Below, one piece after another: positions 17,361-23,165 of a DNA stretch of 32,000 nucleotides. The stretch is from Candidatus Saccharimonadota bacterium (GTDB taxonomy: Bacteria > Patescibacteriota > Patescibacteriia > 2-12-FULL-60-25): assembly GCA_022843095.1 (NCBI GenBank), contig JALHOH010000002.1:210001-242000 (forward strand). Reading direction: 5' to 3'. The notes below the pieces were generated by a model. It was not told the origin of the DNA, did not search any database, and worked only from the letters and a program-made list of their open reading frames with translations. The translations under genes and the position numbers were made by a program. The number at the start of each line of letters is the position of its first letter. The stretch's first letter is position 1.

Positions 17361-18865
17361 GCCGCATCGTGTGACCGAATCGTATCAGGAGCGATCGTTT
17401 GCTCTAACCCAATTCCCGGGGCAAGCGTCGCCTCCATTCCATATCCCGTGGACGGCGCTTTTTCCCCGCGGGCCCACGCCAAAATCTGTTCTGCGTCCAT
17501 CTGCGCCAGCTCCGGAATCTGCAATCGCTTCTCCGATCCAAGCGCTGCCGCAAACCCATTCAGCGTCTTAACCGTGTTCAATCCATTCATGAGCACCACG
17601 TAATCCGACATTTCCGTTGTTTCGCCGCGTTGAATTTTTTGCAATGTTTTTTGAAACGCCTTCAAATTGATCGGCGCGTCCGGACTATCACTAATCAACG
17701 GATCCGGCATACGCAATTTCCAAGGCCCATTCGGTGTTTCTTTAGCAAATTGGATGTTATCGGCGCCAGCAAAATCCAATATCTCCCCTGATTTCGCAGA
17801 ATACTCAATAAGCTGCTCCACAGAGGTTTTTGCCGTGTTTCGCAATTGATCCGCCTCTGTAGGATCTGTTTGTGCAAGTCGATCGATCGTCTCCAAGATA
17901 GGACGGATATTTCCCGCAACCTCCTTCACTGCCTCTGCCCTAGACGGATCCATAGGCCCGCCCTTCAGAAGAACATCGAACGCATTCTTGTAGCTGGCTT
18001 CAAAACGTTGCGCCTCTGGCTGATCCCGTCCTTCCATCGCCTGGTTTTTGTACTGTCGCTCTGCATACCCGGCCCCAAATGACACCTTTTCGGCCACCGG
18101 CTTTAGGCGACGCTGCACCATGATCCACACCGGCATTTTTTCACGAAAATCATCCGGCACCTGATCCGCGAATTCCGGGACAAGTGCCTGCACCATTTCT
18201 TTCGTCACCTCGATATCCGGCGTGAAGTACTTTGCTGCAGGAAAGACCTCCGGACCAAAGGCGCGCAATAATTCCCGCGTCCTCCCGAACTCCGCTTTTG
18301 TCTGTGCCAGCATCCGTTCCTTGCCGTGGTCTTCTTGCACACCGCCAAGCGACTCCATGCGTTCCAACAATTCACGCTTATGCAAACCGAGTTTTAATGC
18401 CTCTGCCAGCTTTTGATCCTCCGTCGCGCCCTCTCGTTGCATCACCTGCGATGTCATCTGATCCACCGACGCCACTGACGAAGCGAGTTGTCGCGCTTCT
18501 AAAAATCGCTTGATGTTTTCTGCCGTTTTTTGATAATTGACCTTATACACGATATTTTTTGCGACCTCGCTTTCAAAGAGAAGGACAGCGTGTTCCCCTC
18601 CTTTGAATGATTGCGGCGTATCTCCGGATTGAAACCCTTCATGAAACTGCTTCATGAAATCCGGGTGTTTGGCAAAAAATCCCTGTACCTCCTCCTGCGC
18701 TGCAGACAATGCAAACTTCTCCCCCGATTCTACCGGAGATGTGCCGCGCTCTGTTCGCTCAGTCGCCATCGCCTCCTGATGCTTTTTCTGCTCTTCCAGT
18801 GCAAGCTGCTCCGGGGTAATGGTTCGATCTGCGACGGCTCCGCCTTCAAATCCCATACCCTTCAT
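17357..18865 (-). CDS. Hypothetical 502-aa protein with protein/lipid-kinase-like motifs
   Basis: The track ORF is 17357..18925. Its first 20 codons (TTG start, GGRQGWCHSGCGWGEGQGK) look non-coding, so I chose ATG 18865 (MKGMGFEGG). No recognisable family was found. Kinase-like strings are GGEHAVLLFESEVAKNIVYKV and ILDFAGADNIQFAKETPNGPWKLRMPDP. Confidence 0.65.
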   Translation of the reverse strand: MKGMGFEGGAVADRTITPEQLALEEQKKHQEAMATERTERGTSPVESGEKFALSAAQEEVQGFFAKHPDFMKQFHEGFQSGDTPQSFKGGEHAVLLFESEVAKNIVYKVNYQKTAENIKRFLEARQLASSVASVDQMTSQVMQREGATEDQKLAEALKLGLHKRELLERMESLGGVQEDHGKERMLAQTKAEFGRTRELLRAFGPEVFPAAKYFTPDIEVTKEMVQALVPEFADQVPDDFREKMPVWIMVQRRLKPVAEKVSFGAGYAERQYKNQAMEGRDQPEAQRFEASYKNAFDVLLKGGPMDPSRAEAVKEVAGNIRPILETIDRLAQTDPTEADQLRNTAKTSVEQLIEYSAKSGEILDFAGADNIQFAKETPNGPWKLRMPDPLISDSPDAPINLKAFQKTLQKIQRGETTEMSDYVVLMNGLNTVKTLNGFAAALGSEKRLQIPELAQMDAEQILAWARGEKAPSTGYGMEATLAPGIGLEQTIAPDTIRSHDAA

Positions 18866-18910
18866 CTTACCCTGTCCCTCACCCCATCCACAACCGGAGT
18901 GACACCACCC

Positions 18911-18939
18911 TTGTCGTCCTCCCAATCATTCAGTATGCT
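18911..18939 (+). promoter_or_regulatory. Putative promoter of the tRNA-Leu transcription unit
   Basis: TTGTCG (18911-18916), a 17-nt spacer, TATGCT (18934-18939), then a GC-rich discriminator (TTCCCCGC). The predicted leader before the tRNA is ~79 nt. Confidence 0.45.
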
Positions 18940-18980
18940 TTCCCCGCTTCCCAGCAATCTTCGGCGGAGTTTCCCCGGGG

Positions 18981-19018
18981 TCCCCGTTTGCGAAGGTCTG
19001 CCGAAGCAAATGGGGTAC
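18981..19018 (+). repeat. Leader hairpin motif copy 1 (TCCCCGTTTGCgAAGG...AAATGGGGTA), 9 nt upstream of tRNA-Leu
   Basis: A 10-bp stem CCCCGTTTGC/GCAAATGGGG (one G-U pair) encloses a 14-nt loop. The flanks are shared with copy 2. Confidence 0.6.
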
Positions 19019-19024
19019 AAGCAA

Positions 19025-19111
19025 GCCGCGGTGGCGGAATTGGTAGACGCACGGGACTCAAAATCCCGCGATCGAAAGGTCATGAGAGTTCGATTCTCTC
19101 CCGCGGCACCA
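19025..19111 (+). tRNA. tRNA-Leu (anticodon CAA), class II long variable arm, CCA encoded
   Basis: GCCGCGG TG GCGG AATTGGTAGAC ... CGGGA CTCAAAA TCCCG ... GAGAG TTCGATT CTCTC CCGCGGC A CCA. The acceptor stem pairs perfectly. Confidence 0.9.
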
Positions 19112-19112
19112 C

Positions 19113-19144
19113 AAAAACACATCCCTTCCGGGATGTGTTTTTTT
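19113..19144. terminator. Bidirectional terminator between tRNA-Leu and the convergent YdjM-like gene
   Basis: AAAAACACATCCC - ttcc - GGGATGTGTTTTT forms a 13-bp stem flanked by A and T runs. Confidence 0.7.
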
Positions 19145-19159
19145 AGACCTTCTAGACAA

Positions 19160-19627
19160 CTATGCCAACCGTGATAAAAGCGCGCTCAAAAAGACCATTT
19201 GCATCGCAAATCCGGAGGGAAACGAAAGGTCGCCGTGCCGGTGCGTCACCATGTTATGAAAGAAAAAATGGACGCGGTGCAACGGAATCAACCACTTCGT
19301 TTTCGTCACCTCATACAGTCCAACCAATAAATCCGGTAAAACGCCTCCCAAAATCCCCATCGAAATCGCTGCACGATTTTCGATCAGCCGGGTATTAAAA
19401 AGGAATAGGACGAAGACGAGCGAAATAACCCCATCGATCGTGACATAGGCGATCGCGCGCTTCACCTTACTTCCGGCCACATACCCCTTGTAGAGCTGCG
19501 AATCCCCGTGTGGGATAATATCGCTCAAAAAATGGCTAAGCAGACCCAAGCCAAACGCGAGGAGCGGCTGATCCGGCACCCATTCTGCCACGATCGCGCC
19601 AAGCGCCGCGTGGGTCGTGATAAACAT
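19160..19627 (-). CDS. Small polytopic membrane protein, YdjM-like putative membrane-bound metal-dependent hydrolase
   Basis: The 155-aa product begins MFITTHAALGAIVAEW and contains LLSHFLSDIIPHGD and HNMVTHRHGD His/Asp motifs within hydrophobic helices. The assignment comes from motif recall only. Confidence 0.6.
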   Translation of the reverse strand: MFITTHAALGAIVAEWVPDQPLLAFGLGLLSHFLSDIIPHGDSQLYKGYVAGSKVKRAIAYVTIDGVISLVFVLFLFNTRLIENRAAISMGILGGVLPDLLVGLYEVTKTKWLIPLHRVHFFFHNMVTHRHGDLSFPSGFAMQMVFLSALLSRLA

Positions 19628-19669
19628 ATTGCGGATATAGTCTACCAGAAACCCTCTATTTTCGGAATC

Positions 19670-19698
19670 TTGTCAGGCGTTTTGATCTCCGGTATCCT
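19670..19698 (+). promoter_or_regulatory. Putative promoter of the leader-RNA/tRNA(CAT) transcription unit
   Basis: TTGTCA (19670-19675), a 17-nt spacer, TATCCT (19693-19698), then a GC-rich discriminator (TCCCGCGC). It is paralogous to the tRNA-Leu promoter. Confidence 0.5.
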
Positions 19699-19704
19699 TC
19701 CCGC

Positions 19705-19886
19705 GCAACCCGAATGGGATCCCCGTTTGCAAAGGAAATGGGGTATGTGCAGCAGGAAGGGGTTAGCGAACGAAGTAAGCGCGAAGGGGAAGCCCGGAAC
19801 GGGTTGCCCCTCGAGCGCAGCGGTTGCGCAGACCCAAGCGAACATCGAAAGATGTGAACGGGTGGTCGGCGCAACAACGCGAGCAA
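19705..19886 (+). ncRNA. Candidate structured leader RNA or novel sRNA co-transcribed with the downstream CAT-anticodon tRNA
   Basis: The region lies downstream of a TTGTCA-17-TATCCT promoter. It contains three hairpins: CCCCGTTT/AAATGGGG (19721-19743), a long imperfect hairpin at 19779-19818 (GCGC..GGGG..GCCCG-GAA-CGGGT..CCCC..GCGC), and a hairpin at 19823-19875 whose apex is ACATC-GAAA-GATGT (GNRA loop). It ends at the tRNA 5' end, a predicted RNase P site. The 5' boundary is inferred. Confidence 0.3.
19720..19746 (+). repeat. Leader hairpin motif copy 2 (TCCCCGTTTGCaAAGGAAATGGGGTA)
   Basis: An 8-bp stem CCCCGTTT/AAATGGGG encloses a 7-nt loop. It sits in the same position relative to a similar promoter as copy 1. 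Confidence 0.6.
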
Positions 19887-19963
19887 GGCGGGGTAGCTCA
19901 GTTGGTTAGAGCGAGGGACTCATAAGCCCTAGGTCGCCAGTTCGATCCTGGCCCCCGCTACCA
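19887..19963 (+). tRNA. Elongator-type tRNA with anticodon CAT (tRNA-Met or lysidine-dependent tRNA-Ile2), CCA encoded
   Basis: GGCGGGG TA GCTC AGTTGGTTA GAGC G AGGGA CTCATAA GCCCT AGGTC GCCAG TTCGATC CTGGC CCCCGCT A CCA. Position 1:72 is a G-U wobble and 31:39 is an A x G mismatch. Met versus Ile2 identity cannot be decided by eye. Confidence 0.85.
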
Positions 19964-19966
19964 TGA

Positions 19967-19993
19967 AAACACGCACCAGATAGGTGCGTGTTT
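19967..19993. terminator. Bidirectional terminator between tRNA(CAT) and the convergent DD-carboxypeptidase gene
   Basis: AAACACGCACC - agata - GGTGCGTGTTT forms an 11-bp stem. Confidence 0.65.
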
Positions 19994-19996
19994 GCG

Positions 19997-20944
19997 TTAC
20001 ATTCTTCCGTCTTCTCGGGGCACCCATGCCGCCTTCTTTGGCCATTCATAGGTTTTAAACGCCCAAAACGTCAACGCCTTCACATCGTCGTACCGCGCAA
20101 AATGGTTGTCACTCCCCAAAATCACCGCGATCACCTCGTTCCCCTCTCCATCCTTTGTCGTTTGCGCCAAGCAATATCCCGCCTCAGGCAACGAGCCCGT
20201 TTTTGCCACGACAATCCGATACGGTGCCTTGTTCAAAAATGAACCAAGCAATTGATTCGTGGATTTAATCAAATACCGTCTTCGATTCAACCGACCGCGC
20301 AACTCAATCTGTTGCAAGTCCGTAATCTCTCGAATTTCGGAATAATTTAAGGCGGCGCGCATCATTCGCGCGACGTCACGAGCGGTACCGCGATTGTCCG
20401 CATCCAATCCGGTTGGATCCGTAAACACAGCTTCTTTTAATCCAAGCTCCCCGGACTTCCGGTTCATCTGGCGAACAAACGCCTCCATCCCCCCAGGAAA
20501 CGTCCGGCCAAGCGCATTCCCCGCCTCATTCACACTCCCCACAAGCAACGCCTCCAGCAATTCACGGCGCGTTAACCGTTCCCCGATCTGGAACACCATC
20601 TTTCCTTCGCTTGGGGTATCTTCCGCCGTGACCGTCACCACCTCCTCCGGATCAAGCCGCTCATCCAAAAGCACCATCGCCGTCATGAGCTTCGTAATAC
20701 TGGCGATAGGATATGCCGTTGCCGCGTCTTTTTCGTACAACGTCACCCCGCTCGCAACATCCATCACGACAGCAGATCGTGCGGAAACCGCCACGCCAAA
20801 CGACCCGATATCACGCTTTACAGGCGCGGGGATGGACGGTTGGACATATTTGGATACCGGTAATTCTGCGCGAGCAGACGGTACCACCGGGTGCCCCTGC
20901 AACGCCGCCGTGGCCAACACGGTAATAAGGGATTCCGCAAACAT
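19997..20944 (-). CDS. Serine-type D-Ala-D-Ala carboxypeptidase (PBP5/S11-like)
   Basis: An N-terminal export signal is present, together with the SxxK (ASITK), SxN (SVNEA) and KTG (KTGS) motifs in the correct order. Confidence 0.85.
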   Translation of the reverse strand: MFAESLITVLATAALQGHPVVPSARAELPVSKYVQPSIPAPVKRDIGSFGVAVSARSAVVMDVASGVTLYEKDAATAYPIASITKLMTAMVLLDERLDPEEVVTVTAEDTPSEGKMVFQIGERLTRRELLEALLVGSVNEAGNALGRTFPGGMEAFVRQMNRKSGELGLKEAVFTDPTGLDADNRGTARDVARMMRAALNYSEIREITDLQQIELRGRLNRRRYLIKSTNQLLGSFLNKAPYRIVVAKTGSLPEAGYCLAQTTKDGEGNEVIAVILGSDNHFARYDDVKALTFWAFKTYEWPKKAAWVPREDGRM

Positions 20945-20951
20945 AGACGCT

Positions 20952-20980
20952 ATCGTACGAAAAACGAATCAATTCTGCAA
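20952..20980 (-). promoter_or_regulatory. Putative DD-carboxypeptidase promoter (leaderless configuration)
   Basis: The minus strand reads TTGCAG (20980-20975), a 17-nt spacer, TACGAT (20957-20952), then 7 nt to ATG 20944. Confidence 0.5.
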
Positions 20981-21688
20981 TCACGTCAGGATATGGAGTC
21001 CGAAAGCGTCTCCCACAAGCCGACCGATCAAAAACCCCAAAACGGCCGCCGTCATCGAGACTGCGACCATCTCGAGGCCACTTCGCCAGACATTCCCAAC
21101 CGTTAAGCGCGCCTTTTGTGCCCCGATCACGAACAACGCGCAGACGGTACAAATGAATCCGACGATGCTTGCTTGTCCAAGAGGAAGAAAGAAAAACGGC
21201 GCAACCGGAATCATCCCACCCACAATGTACATACTCCCCATTAACACCGCCCCCATCCTTGGCACCCCTTCCGTATCCGCATCACCATGGGTTACACCCA
21301 TCACTTTCCCGCTCAATTCCTCGACCCATAATGCAGGCTTCGCCGTTACCCGCTTCATCAAAATGGCCGTTTCTTTGACGGTAAATCCGCGCGCTCGATA
21401 CTGCTTTGCCAACCGCTTCTTTTCCGTCTCAGGATCTGCCACGATACGTTCACGCACCTCCTCGATCTGACGTCGCGCCATTTCTGCCTGTGATTTATTC
21501 GAAAGATACGATCCCGCCGCCATGGAAAGCGCCTCAACCGCCACCAACACCAATCCCGACAAAATGACGACGCGTCGATCACTTGAACCTGCTGCAATCC
21601 CGATGACGGCACCCAGCGTAGAAACAAGCCCGTCCTCTAATCCAAACACAAACTCACGGACGTGGGCAGAAACGCGCAAGGACGGCAT
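20981..21688 (-). CDS. VIT1/CCC1-family iron/manganese transporter
   Basis: The sequence REFVFGLEDGLVSTLGAVIGIAAG is followed by a soluble helical insert and C-terminal TM helices. The track start at 21694 is a GTG. I chose ATG 21688, which lies 8 nt downstream of TATACT. Confidence 0.85.
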   Translation of the reverse strand: MPSLRVSAHVREFVFGLEDGLVSTLGAVIGIAAGSSDRRVVILSGLVLVAVEALSMAAGSYLSNKSQAEMARRQIEEVRERIVADPETEKKRLAKQYRARGFTVKETAILMKRVTAKPALWVEELSGKVMGVTHGDADTEGVPRMGAVLMGSMYIVGGMIPVAPFFFLPLGQASIVGFICTVCALFVIGAQKARLTVGNVWRSGLEMVAVSMTAAVLGFLIGRLVGDAFGLHILT

Positions 21689-21715
21689 ACCCACGCAGTA
21701 TACCGTATTCCTGGA

Positions 21716-22300
21716 CTATGTCTGTAGTGTCGCATCCCCTGCACGTGGCGTCGGCGCTGATTCATCTAATTCCGCCAACACCTGCTGCACCACGGGATGA
21801 TGATGCAACGTTTCAAAATCCGGCAATGCCTCGACCCTAGGAACCCCGACCGTCTTCAAAAACTCCCCCGTTACGCCGTATACCGGTTGCCCCATGCGTA
21901 CGTCTTCTTTCATCTCGACCAATCCACGCATGACAAGATTTCGTAAAATCATAGCAGATTGCACCCCACGGATTTGCTCGAGCTCCGGACGGGTCAACGG
22001 TCCGCGGTAGGCCAAAATCGACAACGCCTCAAGCGATGGTTTGGACAATTCCCCCGTCGCATCGGCACGGATCGCTTGGCGGACCATCTCGGCATATTCC
22101 GGACGCGTCACCAATTCAACTGAACCTGCGTGACGAATCAGCTGAAGCGCGCTCCCAGAGGACGCATACCGCGCATCCAATGCATCCAATGCCTCCAGAA
22201 CCTCCGAGAGCTCGACCTGAACAAGAGATGCGAGCTTTGCGAGCGGTTGACGCTCGGCGGAGGCAAATAACACAGCTTCTACGGTTGATGCGAGAGACAT
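21716..22300 (-). CDS. scpB: Segregation and condensation protein B
   Basis: The sequences VEAVLFASAERQPLAKLASL and LEALSILAYRGPLTRPELEQIRGV indicate tandem winged helices. I chose ATG 22300, 7 nt after the scpA stop, rather than the track start 22336, which overlaps scpA. Confidence 0.88.
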   Translation of the reverse strand: MSLASTVEAVLFASAERQPLAKLASLVQVELSEVLEALDALDARYASSGSALQLIRHAGSVELVTRPEYAEMVRQAIRADATGELSKPSLEALSILAYRGPLTRPELEQIRGVQSAMILRNLVMRGLVEMKEDVRMGQPVYGVTGEFLKTVGVPRVEALPDFETLHHHPVVQQVLAELDESAPTPRAGDATLQT

Positions 22301-22307
22301 AAAGGGG

Positions 22308-23012
22308 TTACGCCAACTCCAAGTGAATATCTTCAAATAATGCGGATTGATTCACACGAACCATGCGCTGTTTTACAAGTTCCAGCAGTGCCAAAAAGGA
22401 AACCACCATTTCTTGCCGCGTTTGTGATTCCTTGAGTACACGATGAAAAGAAACACGGAGCATTTTCCCAACACGTGTACGCAGTTCTTCAATCTTCTCT
22501 TCGATCGTGAACGCACGTTCAAGTGACGCGCGTGGCAAGGCCAAAAGCGGCGTTAATTTTTTCACGATCCCACGAAACGCGGTGGCAAGCGTATCCGCGG
22601 AGACGTTGGATGGCGGATGAAACCCGTTCTCCGGGGCCAACACAAGGGGCCGTAGACGCCCAAACGAAACGCGACCGGTTTTTGCCAGCTCACCGATCGT
22701 GCGCGCCGCATCTACATATTGCTTGTACAAACGGAGCTGCGTTTCTAAATCCGGCCCTTCTTCCAGCAAAGGATCATGCAATTCCGGCAACAGCGCCTTG
22801 GATTTGAGGTAGACAAGTTTTGCCGCCACCACCAAAAAATCCGCCAATTCTTCTGGCGGGATCGCCCCGTGACGTTCGCGGACATGCGCAACAAACGGCT
22901 CTGTCACCTGCAACAGCGACACCGAGGTAATATCGAGCTCTTCCTGTTCAATCAATTGCAATAAGAGGTCCAATGGGCCCTCAAAATGCTCAATTCGAAC
23001 GGTGTAGGACAT
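22308..23012 (-). CDS. scpA: Segregation and condensation protein A (kleisin)
   Basis: The N-terminus reads MSYTVRIEHFEGPLDLLLQLIEQEELDITSVSLLQVTEPF. I set the start at ATG 23012 because GTGACA-17-TACGCT lies 7 nt upstream. The track start is 23087. Confidence 0.88.
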   Translation of the reverse strand: MSYTVRIEHFEGPLDLLLQLIEQEELDITSVSLLQVTEPFVAHVRERHGAIPPEELADFLVVAAKLVYLKSKALLPELHDPLLEEGPDLETQLRLYKQYVDAARTIGELAKTGRVSFGRLRPLVLAPENGFHPPSNVSADTLATAFRGIVKKLTPLLALPRASLERAFTIEEKIEELRTRVGKMLRVSFHRVLKESQTRQEMVVSFLALLELVKQRMVRVNQSALFEDIHLELA

Positions 23013-23019
23013 CCCCGAG

Positions 23020-23048
23020 AGCGTATCCCAGGACGCGTCTGCTGTCAC
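23020..23048 (-). promoter_or_regulatory. Putative scpAB promoter (leaderless configuration)
   Basis: The minus strand reads GTGACA (23048-23043), a 17-nt spacer, TACGCT (23025-23020), then 7 nt to ATG 23012. Confidence 0.45.
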
Positions 23049-23061
23049 CTGGCGTCCAAAG

Positions 23062-23149
23062 TTATCCCCACCTCGCCCCATCTTCATCCACCCCCATGAA
23101 ACCCTTCATCCCAAACCCCTCTTCCGTAGTCCCAAACCACCCCCTAAGA
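23062..23149 (+). repeat. Four imperfect, phased ~22-bp direct repeats in the C-rich scpA-dnaB divergent intergenic region
   Basis: The units start at 23062 (TTATCCCCACC), 23083 (TTCATCCACCCCC), 23105 (TTCATCCCAAACCCC) and 23127 (TAGTCCCAAACCACCCCC). The first core is 8/9 identical to the DnaA-box consensus TTATCCACA. Confidence 0.5.
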
Positions 23150-23165
23150 TGACCCTACACCCCCT

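Noticed and set aside
18866-18925. The Cys/Gly/Trp-rich N-terminal extension (TTG start) of the 17357-18925 ORF
   Set aside because: It has a TTG start and an implausible peptide (GGRQGWCHSGCGWGEGQGK). It overlaps the divergent tRNA-Leu promoter. The downstream ATG 18865 is preferred, though a leaderless TTG start 6 nt after CATACT cannot be fully excluded.
19747-19886. Possible SRP (4.5S), 6S, tmRNA, RNase P or T-box identity for the structured leader
   Set aside because: I could not find the diagnostic strings. Missing are the SRP domain IV GGAA/AGCA loops, the tmRNA tRNA-like ends, RNase P CR-I (GAGGAAAGUCC) and the T-box sequence. A tRNA gene is also not a T-box target. I leave it as unknown rather than naming it.
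19508-19909. A 133-aa plus-strand ORF (and minus-strand ORFs 19642-19886) covering the structured leader region
   Set aside because: It begins antisense inside the YdjM-like gene, runs through a predicted promoter and ends inside the tRNA. The region is better explained as structured RNA.
17200-20000. A genomic island or integrated element at the cluster of three tRNA genes
   Set aside because: I found no integrase, recombinase or transposase, and no direct repeat of a tRNA 3' end that could mark an attachment site. The cargo is only two small or unknown genes, each with native-looking promoters.
20394-21470. A 358-aa plus-strand ORF spanning the DD-carboxypeptidase and VIT genes
   Set aside because: It is antisense to two motif-supported genes and crosses their intergenic promoter. 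Its Ser/Thr/Pro/Arg-rich composition is typical of shadow ORFs in GC-rich DNA.
23013-23165. Calling the scpA-dnaB intergenic region the chromosomal origin (oriC)
   Set aside because: There is only one near-consensus DnaA box, no AT-rich unwinding element and no dnaA or dnaN nearby. I report it only as a phased repeat array of unknown function.
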